64,000 nucleotides of DNA from Gammaproteobacteria bacterium Ga0077536. Its GTDB lineage: Bacteria; Pseudomonadota; Gammaproteobacteria; Ga0077536. Location: positions 21,407-85,406 of the forward strand of contig LNEL01000054.1 of the NCBI GenBank assembly GCA_001464935.1. Direction: 5' to 3'. A model generated the notes under the pieces. That model was given only the letters and a program-made list of their open reading frames with translations, ran no database searches and was not told the origin of the DNA. A program made the translations under genes and the position numbers. This document shows positions 40,778 to 50,181 of this stretch, in pieces. Positions within the stretch are counted from its first letter, which is position 1. The number at the start of each line of letters is the position of its first letter.

Positions 40778-41269
40778 ATGGCAGGCGACAAGGATCACGA
40801 CACGCATTCAATCGACGCCGCACCGCTGTCTGGCGCGCGGCGCACCTGGCTGCTGGGCGCCGGCGCGTTGAGCGCGGCTGCCGTGCTGGGGAGCGCGCGC
40901 GCCGAAGAGGCTGCACACGCCCACCACGCGATGGAGGCTGCCGGCCGGGGCCTGATCGACGCCGCGAGCCACTGCATCGAAGAGGCCGAAATCTGCGATC
41001 AGCATTGCCTGGAGATGTTCCGCCAGGGCGATACCACGCTGGCCGAGTGCGCCCAGCGCGTGCGCGAACTGGCCGCGATGTGCACGGCGGCGCGCCAGCT
41101 TGCCGTGCAGTCCTCGCCGCGCCTGGGCGCGTTGCTCGACGTCTGCAGCGCGAGCTGTGAGGCCTGCGAGCAGGAGTGCCGCAAACACGAGGCAGCGCAC
41201 GCGATCTGCAAATCGTGCGCAGACGCCTGCGTGGCAATGGTCGAGGCGATCAAGGCACACCAGGCCTGA
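40778..41269 (+). CDS. Tat-exported four-helix-bundle copper storage protein (Csp1-like)
   Basis: ARRTWL twin-arginine signal, HAHH, 12 Cys mostly in CxxxC/CxxC spacing, ECRKH...HAICKSCADAC. AGGAG SD. Confidence 0.85.
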   Translation: MAGDKDHDTHSIDAAPLSGARRTWLLGAGALSAAAVLGSARAEEAAHAHHAMEAAGRGLIDAASHCIEEAEICDQHCLEMFRQGDTTLAECAQRVRELAAMCTAARQLAVQSSPRLGALLDVCSASCEACEQECRKHEAAHAICKSCADACVAMVEAIKAHQA

Positions 41270-41310
41270 GCCGCCGGTGACTGCGGCCGGGCCGCCGTCA
41301 CGCACACGCT

Positions 41311-42384
41311 TCAAGCCGAGTCATCGCCCGCCTGCTGGCGTTCGATGGCCCAGTCGATGTGCTCGCGCACCAGCGGGCTCGCGCTGTCACGCGCGGTGCG
41401 AAGCGCCCCGAGCGCGGCGTTCGAGGCCGGCGCGTTGCCGAGGGCCACGGCGAGATTGCGCCGCCACTGCTCGAAGCCGATGCGACGCATCGCCGAACCT
41501 TCAGTGCGTTCGGTGAAGTCCCGTGCGGTCCACGCGAAGAGCTCGAGCAGGCTTGCCGTCGTCAGGTCGTGACGCGGCCTGAATTCCGGTTCCGTGCTCT
41601 GTTTTGCATAGCGGTTCCACGGACAGTACAGCTGGCAGTCGTCGCAGCCGTAGACCCGGTTGCCGATCAGCGGGCGCAGCTCGGGCGGGATGGTGCCCTT
41701 CAGTTCAATCGTGAGGTAGCTGATGCAGCGTCGCGCATCGAGCACATACGGCGCGACGATCGCTGCGGTCGGGCACACCTCGATGCAGCGCGTGCAGGTG
41801 CCGCAATGATCCTGCGTGTGCGGAACATCCGGGGGTAGCGCGAGATCGGTGTAGATCTCGCCGAGGAAGAACCACGAACCGTCGTGCCGGTTGATGAGAT
41901 TGGTGTGCTTGCCGATCCAGCCCAGCCCCGCGTTGCGCGCGAGCGGTTTCTCGAGCACCGGCGCGCTGTCGCTGAACACGCGGTAGCCGAAAGGTCCGAT
42001 CGCGGCCTCGATCCGGGTAGCGAGCTTCTGCAAACGCCCGCGCATCACCTTGTGGTAATCGCGACCCACCGCGTAGCGCGACACGTACGCAAGCGAAGGG
42101 TCGGCAAGCTGTCGGATTGCCGCGGCCTGTGGCTCCGGCAGGTAGTCGAGGCGCGCGCTGATCACGCTCAGCGTGCGCGGAATCAGTTCCGCCGGCCGGC
42201 TGCGCCGTGTGCCGTGCGCGGTGAGGTAGTGCATGTCGCCGTGATACTGCGCGGCGAGCCACTGCTCGAGTTTCGCTGCGTCCGCGTCGAGATCGATGCC
42301 CGTGATCCCGGTCTGCTGAAAGCCCAGTTCACGCGCCCAGGCGGTGATGCCTGCCTTGAGTCCGTCGACGTCAATCGTCGCCAT
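41311..42384 (-). CDS. queG: Epoxyqueuosine reductase
   Basis: SRYAVGRDYH, DSAPVLEK, CGTCTRCIEVCPT, RCISYLTIE, YGCDDCQLYCPWN. Confidence 0.97.
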   Translation of the reverse strand: MATIDVDGLKAGITAWARELGFQQTGITGIDLDADAAKLEQWLAAQYHGDMHYLTAHGTRRSRPAELIPRTLSVISARLDYLPEPQAAAIRQLADPSLAYVSRYAVGRDYHKVMRGRLQKLATRIEAAIGPFGYRVFSDSAPVLEKPLARNAGLGWIGKHTNLINRHDGSWFFLGEIYTDLALPPDVPHTQDHCGTCTRCIEVCPTAAIVAPYVLDARRCISYLTIELKGTIPPELRPLIGNRVYGCDDCQLYCPWNRYAKQSTEPEFRPRHDLTTASLLELFAWTARDFTERTEGSAMRRIGFEQWRRNLAVALGNAPASNAALGALRTARDSASPLVREHIDWAIERQQAGDDSA

Positions 42385-43165
42385 CGGCGTCAAGGCCGGC
42401 CGGCACGCTGCCACCGTCGGCGAGCCCCGTGCGCGCACACACGGCGGCCCACAGCGCGGCGAAGGCGCGCGCGCCCGGGCTGCTCGCCGCGAAGGTCTGC
42501 ACCGGCGCGCGCTGCTCGCCCATCTTCTCGACCTGGCTGGTATAGGGGATGAAACTGCGCAGTACCTCGGGGTGATCCGCCGCGAAGTTCGTGACCAGTT
42601 CGCAGTGCAGCTGACGGCGACGATCGACCATCGAAAAGAACGGCAGCAGCTTGTCGACCGGCAGCTTCTGCTGCTGGCAGAACTCCCGCAGCTGACGATA
42701 GGCGCGCACCGACAGCGGCGTCGGGATCACCGGCACGAGCAGCCAGTCGGCGACATTGAACACGTTTTCGGAGACGCGCGAGAGGTGCGGTGCGCAGTCC
42801 AGGATCACGATGTCGTAGGTCGCGGCGAGCGGCGCGAGCAGTTTTTCGAGCCGCTTCGTCGGCTTCTTCAGATCGTTGAGTGCAATGTCGAGATTGCGGT
42901 AGCTGAAGTCGGCCGGCAACAGATCGAGATTCGGATAGTCGGTGCCGCAAATCGCCGCGCCCAGATCGTGCTTCTTGTCGAGCAGGTGATCGAGGTCGTC
43001 GCGCACGGTCGGCTCGATGCGGAAATAGAAGCCGGCCGCTCCCTGCGGATCGAGATCCCAGACCAGCGTGCGATGTCCGGCGAGACTGGCGCAGTACGCA
43101 AGATTGACCGCGGCCGCGGTCTTGCCGACGCCGCCCTTGATGTTGTAGGTCGCGAAAACGATCAT
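42371..43165 (-). CDS. Orphan ParA/Soj-family ATPase
   Basis: KGGVGKT deviant Walker A, WDLDPQG, ILDCAP, PVIPTPLS. Confidence 0.92.
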   Translation of the reverse strand: MIVFATYNIKGGVGKTAAAVNLAYCASLAGHRTLVWDLDPQGAAGFYFRIEPTVRDDLDHLLDKKHDLGAAICGTDYPNLDLLPADFSYRNLDIALNDLKKPTKRLEKLLAPLAATYDIVILDCAPHLSRVSENVFNVADWLLVPVIPTPLSVRAYRQLREFCQQQKLPVDKLLPFFSMVDRRRQLHCELVTNFAADHPEVLRSFIPYTSQVEKMGEQRAPVQTFAASSPGARAFAALWAAVCARTGLADGGSVPAGLDADGDD

Positions 43166-43172
43166 GCGGGCA

Positions 43173-44705
43173 TCATGGCTGTTCGAGCAGACGCCTGTAA
43201 ATGCGCTGCGTCGCCGGCAGGCGGAAGTGATCGAAGGCCCGCGTCACGAGTTCGCAGTGTGCATGTTCGAGCGCGGTCAGCCGGGTTTCGAGGCCGATGA
43301 CGACCGGCAGCACCGCGCGGGCCCGCGCGTCGTCGCCCGGCAAGGCGGCGGCCAGCTCGCGCAGCAGGGCGTGGTGCACGTGCAGGTCCCAGGTGTCACC
43401 CATCGCGGTCTGCACTTTTTTCAATTCGACGATCGCGCGTCGGCACAGCGTCGCATCGAAAAGCCGCTGGAAGCCTTCGAGCAGATAGCGCAGCTTTTTG
43501 CATTCCTTGCGCAGCTCGTGCAACACGGCGGGCTCATCCTGCGCCCGCGACCAGTCGAAGTTGACGACACGCGCGTGCCGCCGACGCAGGGCCTCGAGCA
43601 CCACGGCGTGCAGTCGTGCGTCGCCCCGTCGGCCGGTCTGGCGGCCGCGCGCCAGATCCGTCGCCAGCGCCTGCCAGCGTCGTCGGAACGCCCGATAGTG
43701 ATGGCTGCGAAAATGCTTCACCACTGCCCGCCGCGCGCGGTCGCGTGCAGCGCCGACGAGCGCCGCCAATGCGGCAGCCTGCGTTGCGTGCGTGCCGCCC
43801 CCCTCGGCGAGATAGACCGGCAGTTGTTCGGCGAGCACGTCGAGATCGCGCAGGCGGCCGGTGATGCGGTTCAATTCGGCGAGTTCGGTGCGCCCACGCG
43901 CCCGTGCCGACTTTGCGACCACCTTGCGCAGATCCCCGTGCCACGAGCGGATGCTGCGCAGCGCGACCCGGTAGTCGTGCAGGAATTCGGTATCGAGATT
44001 GTCGATGATGCCGGGCTCGTTGGCCCACATCACTTCACCGTAGGCCTCGAACAGCGCCGCGAGGGCGGCCGCCGCGGGCATCCCGCGGTCCAGTTCGACG
44101 AGCGGTTTCGCGCGACAGGGGGCAGGAGCGCCCAGCGCCGCGAGCAGCGTGTCGCCCGGGTCCTCCGTGAGCGCGGTGACGAGCTTGCTGCGCGTCAGGT
44201 GGCCCAGGAGGCGTGCGCACGCGCGCTCGAAACCCTGCACCGGCCGGATCGTCAGCAGGGCCAGCGCTGCCTGGCCGCGGCGGATGCGATAGACCTCGAG
44301 GTCGACGGTGGCGATGCGTTTGGCGTGGGCGTCGTGCCATACCAGGCGATGCCGCTCGCAGGACGCCGTGCCGCGCACGAGCAGGGCGCGCTGCTCGGTG
44401 ATTCGTTCGAGCCGTGCGCGCAGCCGCGGGCGCTCGATGTCGCAGGCCAGGTGCGGCAGTTGCGCCGCCGGCCAGGTGTCGCCGCGCGGGTCGCCCGCCT
44501 CGCGCAGGCTGAGCTCGAGCGCGCCCTTCTTGTCCTGCGCCGCTTCGAGCACGAGCCCGGCGTCGGCGAGGCGGCCGTCGAAGGTGTCGAGCAGGCTTCG
44601 TTTGAGGCGTCGCGCGCCGTCCCGGCGCGCATGTCCAAGCGCGGCCAGCAGCTCGAGCAGCGCTGCGGGTGCGGCCGCTTCGTTCAATCGGTAATGCCAG
44701 CGCAT
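43173..44705 (-). CDS. CHAD domain (polyphosphate-binding) protein with degenerate CYTH-like N-terminus
   Basis: DTFDGRL, DTEFLHDYRVALR, RDLDV, LHELRKECKKLRYLLE, LKKVQTAMG..WD. Confidence 0.88.
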   Translation of the reverse strand: MRWHYRLNEAAAPAALLELLAALGHARRDGARRLKRSLLDTFDGRLADAGLVLEAAQDKKGALELSLREAGDPRGDTWPAAQLPHLACDIERPRLRARLERITEQRALLVRGTASCERHRLVWHDAHAKRIATVDLEVYRIRRGQAALALLTIRPVQGFERACARLLGHLTRSKLVTALTEDPGDTLLAALGAPAPCRAKPLVELDRGMPAAAALAALFEAYGEVMWANEPGIIDNLDTEFLHDYRVALRSIRSWHGDLRKVVAKSARARGRTELAELNRITGRLRDLDVLAEQLPVYLAEGGGTHATQAAALAALVGAARDRARRAVVKHFRSHHYRAFRRRWQALATDLARGRQTGRRGDARLHAVVLEALRRRHARVVNFDWSRAQDEPAVLHELRKECKKLRYLLEGFQRLFDATLCRRAIVELKKVQTAMGDTWDLHVHHALLRELAAALPGDDARARAVLPVVIGLETRLTALEHAHCELVTRAFDHFRLPATQRIYRRLLEQP

Positions 44706-44915
44706 CGCCGTCTCAATGGCGCCAGGCGGAGGCGCGGCCGGCGGGCGGCCAGCACACCAGGTGGCTCATACATCCTCGCGGGCGTTGTCGTTATCGGGTC
44801 AGGGGCGGCCCAATCATAGCCCGAGGTCCGGCCTCGCCGTCACCTTGGCGCAGCCGCGGGGAAGCGGAGGGCGATTCCGGCCCCGGGGGCTGGCGTCAGC
44901 CCGGGTGGCGCACCC

Positions 44916-46325
44916 TCAAAGGTGCTGCACGGCGTAATCGGCGAGTCGCGAGCGCTCACCGCGCATCAGCGTGACGTGGCCGCCGTGGGTCCAGTCCTTG
45001 AAGCGGTCGACGGTGTAGGTCAGGCCGGAGGTGGTTTCGCTGAGATAGGGGGTGTCGATTTGCGAGATGTTGCCGCAACACACGATCTTCGAGCCGGCGC
45101 CGGCGCGGGTGATCAACGTGCGCATCTGCTTCGCGGTCAGGTTCTGCGCTTCGTCGATCACGATGTAGCGCGAGAAGAAGGTGCGGCCCCGCATGAAGTT
45201 CATCGAGCGGATCTTCACGCGGCTCGCGAGCAGATCGGCGGTCGCGGCGCGGCCCCAGTCGCCGCCCTCCTGCGTTTCGGACAGCACCTCGAGATTGTCC
45301 ATCAACGCGCCCATCCAGGGCGTCATCTTTTCTTCCTCGGTGCCGGGCAGGAAGCCGATGTCCTCGCCCAGCGGCACCGTTTCGCGCGTGACGACGATCT
45401 CGCGATAGCGCTTCATGTCGAGTGACTGGGCGAGGCCTGCGGCCAGCGCGAGCAGTGTCTTGCCGGTGCCGGCGGCGCCGAGCAGCGTCACGAAGTCGAT
45501 CTCGGGGTCCATCAGCAGGTTCAGCGCGAAGCTCTGTTCGCGGTTGCGCGCCGTCATGCCCCAGACCGCGTTGCGGCTGTGCCGGAAGTCCCGCGCGCGC
45601 TCGAAAATGACCCGGCCGTCTTCGATGCGGCGGGCGATCAGCTCGAGCCCGTCCTCTTCGGCCGTGTACAGGAATTCGTTCGGGTAGAAGTGTTCGAACC
45701 GGTCAGCCGGGACGGAGTAGTAGGTGCGGGCCTCGTCCTGCCAGCATTTCAGTTCATTGCCCTGGCGCTCCCAGAAGTCCGCCGGCAGCTCGCGCGTGCC
45801 GGTGTAGAGCAGGGAGATGTCGTCGAGCACCTTGTCGTTGTAGTAATCCTCGGCCGACACGCCGATGACTCGCGCCTTGATGCGCAGGTTGATGTCCTTG
45901 GACACCAGTGTGACATCCGTGCCCGTGTGCTGGTCGCGCAGCGCCAGCGCAGTGCCGAGGATGCTGTTGTCGGGTGTATTGCCGGGCAGGCCGGTCGGCA
46001 TCGCGCCATCGAGGATGCTCGTCTGCAGGAACAGGCGGCCGCTCGGGGGCTGGCCGGCCATGCCCTTTTCGGGGCTCGGCAGCGCGAGTCCGGCTTCGAT
46101 CCGGTTGCGGTCGGCATCGGCGATCAGCTCGTCGATGAAGCGGCTGACCTGGCGGGCATTGCGCGCGACTTCGGAAACCCCTTTTTTTGCCGAATCGAGC
46201 TCTTCGAGCACCATCATCGGCACGAAGATATCGTGTTCCTTGAAGCGGAAGACAGCGCTCGGGTCGTGCAGGAGCACATTGGTGTCGAGGACGAACAGGC
46301 GCTTGCCTGTCTTGCGGGCGATCAT
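44916..46325 (-). CDS. PhoH2 (PIN domain + PhoH ATPase)
   Basis: FVLDTNVL PIN, SKDINLRIKA, RNREQ, GAAGTGKT, GFLPG, RGRT, DEAQN. Confidence 0.93.
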   Translation of the reverse strand: MIARKTGKRLFVLDTNVLLHDPSAVFRFKEHDIFVPMMVLEELDSAKKGVSEVARNARQVSRFIDELIADADRNRIEAGLALPSPEKGMAGQPPSGRLFLQTSILDGAMPTGLPGNTPDNSILGTALALRDQHTGTDVTLVSKDINLRIKARVIGVSAEDYYNDKVLDDISLLYTGTRELPADFWERQGNELKCWQDEARTYYSVPADRFEHFYPNEFLYTAEEDGLELIARRIEDGRVIFERARDFRHSRNAVWGMTARNREQSFALNLLMDPEIDFVTLLGAAGTGKTLLALAAGLAQSLDMKRYREIVVTRETVPLGEDIGFLPGTEEEKMTPWMGALMDNLEVLSETQEGGDWGRAATADLLASRVKIRSMNFMRGRTFFSRYIVIDEAQNLTAKQMRTLITRAGAGSKIVCCGNISQIDTPYLSETTSGLTYTVDRFKDWTHGGHVTLMRGERSRLADYAVQHL

Positions 46326-46354
46326 CGGCGCATGGTCCCGGCTTCAGCCGGCAT

Positions 46355-46915
46355 TCACTTCACCGGCTCCATGATGGCATCGAGATTCAGGTGGTCGCAG
46401 AAATCCATGAACTCGCCGCGCAGGCCCGCAATCGACACGTTCGTCGGCACGCTGATGGTCATGTGCAGCGAGAACATCGGCGTGGCCGTATGGGCGGCGG
46501 CATAGGACCCGGAGTACATGTCCTCGACCCCGATGTCGCGCTGGGCGAAGAACTGCGTGATTTCGTGGACGATACCCACGTGATCGACCGACACCACTTC
46601 GATCGCATAGGGCATCAGGTCGCCCTGACGACGGCGCGGTTCGGTGCGCTGGGCAATGGTTTTGACCTGCAGCTGGTTCTCCAGGCGGGACAGCATGCTT
46701 TCGATCTTGGCGATCGAGTCCCAGGTGCCGGACAGCAGCATCATCAGGGTGAAGCGGTCGCCGAGGACGGTCATGCGGCTGTCTCCGATGCTGCAACCGC
46801 AGTCCTTGATGGCCTTGGTGAAGGCCTCGATCAGCCCATGCCGGTTGGCACCCATCACGGAGACCGCGATGTGGTTCTGCTGGGTTTCAGGTGGGGGCCG
46901 GGTGCTGGATCTCAT
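46355..46915 (-). CDS. gcvR: Glycine cleavage system transcriptional repressor (two ACT domains)
   Basis: G.NRHG...CGCSIGDSRM, DHVGIVHEITQFF, DFCDHLNLD. Divergent from dapA. Confidence 0.9.
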   Translation of the reverse strand: MRSSTRPPPETQQNHIAVSVMGANRHGLIEAFTKAIKDCGCSIGDSRMTVLGDRFTLMMLLSGTWDSIAKIESMLSRLENQLQVKTIAQRTEPRRRQGDLMPYAIEVVSVDHVGIVHEITQFFAQRDIGVEDMYSGSYAAAHTATPMFSLHMTISVPTNVSIAGLRGEFMDFCDHLNLDAIMEPVK

Positions 46916-47044
46916 GGACGCGAAACATTGTGCATGGACACGGCTGCAGCCCGCAAGCAGACAAGCGTGTACGCCGCTCCGGACCCTCGCGCCGCGGCGT
47001 CGTCACGGCTGTGCAAAGACGGAATTGCGAGGCGGCTCATTAAC

Positions 47045-47073
47045 TTGAGTTAGCGCAGGGCTGAGGCTACTAT
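47045..47073 (+). promoter_or_regulatory. Sigma70 promoter of dapA
   Basis: TTGAGT-N17-TACTAT, 27 nt before the ATG. Confidence 0.65.
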
Positions 47074-47100
47074 GCACGACCGTTTGCGCAGGGCAGGGGC

Positions 47101-48003
47101 ATGAGTCGATTTCGGGGCAGTATGGTTGCGATCGTGACGCCGATGCAGGGCGGCGTATCGCCCGACGCCGCGATTGACTGGGACGCCCTCGCGCGCCTCG
47201 TCGAGTTCCACATCGCGGAGGGCACCGATGCCATCGTCGCGGTGGGCACGACGGGCGAATCGGCGACACTCGACGAGGCCGAGCACTGCGAAGCCATCCG
47301 CCGCGTGGTCGGCATGGTCAATGGCCGGGTGCCCGTGATTGCCGGGACCGGCGCGAACGCGACGACCGAAGCCATCCATCTGACCGAGTGTGCGAAGCGC
47401 GCAGGGGCCGATGCCTGCCTGCTCGTGACGCCGTACTACAACAAGCCGACCCAGGAAGGTCTCTACCTGCACTACAAGGCAGTGGCCGAGGCGGTCGACA
47501 TCCCGCAGATCCTGTACAACGTGCCGGGACGCACCGCGTGCGACATGCAGCCGGAAACCATTGGCCGCCTGTCCGGTCTGCGCAACATCATCGGCGTCAA
47601 GGAAGCCACCGGCGAGGTGGCGCGGGTCGCGAAGCTGCGTGAACTGTGCGGCCCGGATTTCCTGCTGCTGAGCGGCGACGACGCGACCGCACGCGAATTC
47701 ATGCTGGCCGGCGGGCACGGCGTGATCTCGGTGACGGCGAACGTCGCGCCGAAGGCGATGCACGAACTCTGCGTCGCGGCGATGGCCGGCGAGGCAGCGG
47801 CGGCGAGCCGCATCGATGCCCCGCTCGCGGCGCTGCATCGCGATCTGTTCTGCGAGTCGAACCCGATCCCGGTCAAGTGGGGGGTGCATGCGATGGGCCT
47901 CATCGGCACCGGTATCCGCCTGCCGCTGACCTGGTTGTCCAAAGCCGGTGAACCGAAAGTGCGCGCTGCGATGCGCGAGGCCGGCATCCCACTCGTCATC
48001 TGA
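47101..48003 (+). CDS. dapA: 4-hydroxy-tetrahydrodipicolinate synthase
   Basis: [38 protein letters not shown]. Confidence 0.97.
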   Translation: MSRFRGSMVAIVTPMQGGVSPDAAIDWDALARLVEFHIAEGTDAIVAVGTTGESATLDEAEHCEAIRRVVGMVNGRVPVIAGTGANATTEAIHLTECAKRAGADACLLVTPYYNKPTQEGLYLHYKAVAEAVDIPQILYNVPGRTACDMQPETIGRLSGLRNIIGVKEATGEVARVAKLRELCGPDFLLLSGDDATAREFMLAGGHGVISVTANVAPKAMHELCVAAMAGEAAAASRIDAPLAALHRDLFCESNPIPVKWGVHAMGLIGTGIRLPLTWLSKAGEPKVRAAMREAGIPLVI

Positions 48004-48074
48004 GCGCAGTTGCGCACACCGTGCCGGCTTCACCGCCCGCCCGAACCGAATTCGCCTTGAGGTCACCACAGTCT

Positions 48075-49205
48075 ATGTTCAAGCGTCTCGTGACAATGTT
48101 GTTGGTGCTGTCCGCCGTCGGCGGGTGCAGCAGAATCATGCCGAAGCTCGACGCGGTCATTCCCGACAACCGCACCGAATACCGCAAGAGCCGCACGATG
48201 CCCGATCTCGAGGTGCCGCCGGATCTGACGACCGACGCGATTCGCGATCGTATGGCCATCCCCGAAGGTGGCGAAGAGGCGACGTTCTCGACGTACCAGG
48301 AACGCATCGCCGAGCGCAAGCGCGAGCAGGAACTCGAACGCTCCGCGAACGATGCGATCAAGGTGCTCGACGACGAACACATCCTCGCCGTGCAGGGCGC
48401 GCCGAAGCAGATCTGGCCGCAGTTGCGCGAGTTCATGGCCGAATCCGGCTACAAGCTCGAGCTCGACGACGAGGAACTCGGCGTCATCGAGACCGTGTGG
48501 GACGAAAACCCGGAAACGCTGACCCGCGACAAGTTCAAGATCTTCGCCGAAGCCGGCCAGGAGGCGGGCACCACGCTGCTGTACGTGTCGCAGCGCGCCG
48601 AGGAACTCGTGCCCGAAGGCGATGACATGACGTGGAAGCCGACGGATCGCGACAACGTCCAGGAGCGCGAACTCGTCGAACGCCTGCAGTCCTATCTCGT
48701 CGGAGAGCGCGCTGGCCCGTCGACGGCGCCGAAGAAGCCTGAAGATCTGACGGTGGCCGAAGCCTACGGTTCGGCGGCCGCCGCCGATACGGGCGACAGC
48801 GCGGCGCCCGCCACCGACGCGGACACCGACGGCGGTGTGGCAGCGCTGGTCAGCGCCGGCAGCGGCAAGGTCTACCTGGCGATTCAGCAGGACTTCGCGG
48901 ATGCCTGGCGTGCGACCGCGCCGGCCCTGGAGCGCGCCGGCTACACGATCGACCAGTCCGACAAGTCGCGCGGCATCTTCTTCCTGCGGGTGCCGGCCAG
49001 CGAAGGCGAAGCGAACAAGCGTGGCGTGCTGTCGAAGCTCAAATTCTGGGGCGACGACGAGGAGCACGAACTGCAGTTGAACCTGACCGGCGTCGGCACC
49101 AAGACCGAAGCGGTCGTGCTCGATCGCGAAGGCCGCTGGGAAACCGGCGACATCGCGCGCAAGATTCTCGAGCGTCTCGAAAGCGAGCTGGAAGCCGGCG
49201 CCTGA
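48075..49205 (+). CDS. bamC: Outer-membrane protein assembly lipoprotein BamC
   Basis: Lipobox VGGC, LEVPPDL, GVIETVW, RDKF. Follows dapA. Confidence 0.88.
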   Translation: MFKRLVTMLLVLSAVGGCSRIMPKLDAVIPDNRTEYRKSRTMPDLEVPPDLTTDAIRDRMAIPEGGEEATFSTYQERIAERKREQELERSANDAIKVLDDEHILAVQGAPKQIWPQLREFMAESGYKLELDDEELGVIETVWDENPETLTRDKFKIFAEAGQEAGTTLLYVSQRAEELVPEGDDMTWKPTDRDNVQERELVERLQSYLVGERAGPSTAPKKPEDLTVAEAYGSAAAADTGDSAAPATDADTDGGVAALVSAGSGKVYLAIQQDFADAWRATAPALERAGYTIDQSDKSRGIFFLRVPASEGEANKRGVLSKLKFWGDDEEHELQLNLTGVGTKTEAVVLDREGRWETGDIARKILERLESELEAGA

Positions 49206-49213
49206 GCGCCCGC

Positions 49214-49981
49214 ATGCGCTGTGCCCTGATCGGCAGCGGCAGCGCGGGCAACGCGCTGCTGGTGACGACCGGGACCACGGCGCTGCTCGTCGACTGCGGC
49301 TACTCGATCAAGGCGTTCGACGCCCGCGCCGCGCAGCTCGAATTCGATCCCCGCGATCTCAGCGCCGTGCTCGTGACCCATGAGCACGACGATCACCTCG
49401 GCGGTGTGCTGCCGCTGTCACGTCGTTACCGCCTGCCCGTGCACTGGGCGCGCGGCACGCGGCTCGTCGCGAATGCGCGCCACGGTGACGCCGTCGAATC
49501 GCGCGATTTCTCGCCGCATGCGCCATTCACGATCGGCGACATCGAAGTGACGCCGGTGCCCGTGCCGCACGACGCGCGCGAGCCAACCCAGTTCATCTTC
49601 CGTCATGGCGAGCACACGTTCGGCCTGCTGACCGATCTCGGCAGCATCACGCCGCACGTGCTCGAGGCCTATGCGGACTGCGATGCGCTGTGCCTCGAAT
49701 TCAATCACGATGCCGAGCGCCTCGAACACAGCGAATATCCACCGTCGCTGCGCCGGCGCATTGCCGGCGCCTACGGGCACTTGAGCAACGCGCAGTCCGA
49801 GCACCTGCTGGCGCGTCTCAAGGGTCCGCGCCTGAAACGTGTGGTCGCCGCGCATCTCAGCGAACGCACGAACGATCCGGGCCTGGTCGCCGACTGTCTC
49901 GCGCGCAGCGCGCCCGAGCTCACGACCGTCATCGCCTCGCAGGACGCGGTGGTGCCTTGGTTCGAGGTTGGGGGGGGATGA
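49214..49981 (+). CDS. MBL-fold metallo-hydrolase (YycJ/WalJ-like)
   Basis: GSGSAGN, THEHDDH, HDAREP, EFNHD, GHLSN, AHLSERTN. Confidence 0.92.
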   Translation: MRCALIGSGSAGNALLVTTGTTALLVDCGYSIKAFDARAAQLEFDPRDLSAVLVTHEHDDHLGGVLPLSRRYRLPVHWARGTRLVANARHGDAVESRDFSPHAPFTIGDIEVTPVPVPHDAREPTQFIFRHGEHTFGLLTDLGSITPHVLEAYADCDALCLEFNHDAERLEHSEYPPSLRRRIAGAYGHLSNAQSEHLLARLKGPRLKRVVAAHLSERTNDPGLVADCLARSAPELTTVIASQDAVVPWFEVGGG

Positions 49982-49986
49982 ATTCA

Positions 49987-50127
49987 GCCACCGAGAACAC
50001 CGAGAACACAGAGGAAGAAAATGATTTGGGCGGCGCCAGCGTTGCGTGATCGCGAGCCTTGGCGACAAGCGCCCGGCGGCAGATTACAAAATCTTTGTTT
50101 CTCGGTGTGCTCTGTGTTCTCGGTGGC
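49987..50127. repeat. Inverted-repeat element of the 9-nt-period family (141 nt)
   Basis: Left GCCACCGAGAACACCGAGAACACAGAG, right CTCGGTGTGCTCTGTGTTCTCGGTGGC. The IR extends outward as AATTCA / CGAATT. Confidence 0.9.
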
Positions 50128-50181
50128 CGAATTAACCCGCCTTCATCGGGCACCCACGCCACGTGGACGCGCCGAGCCGCC

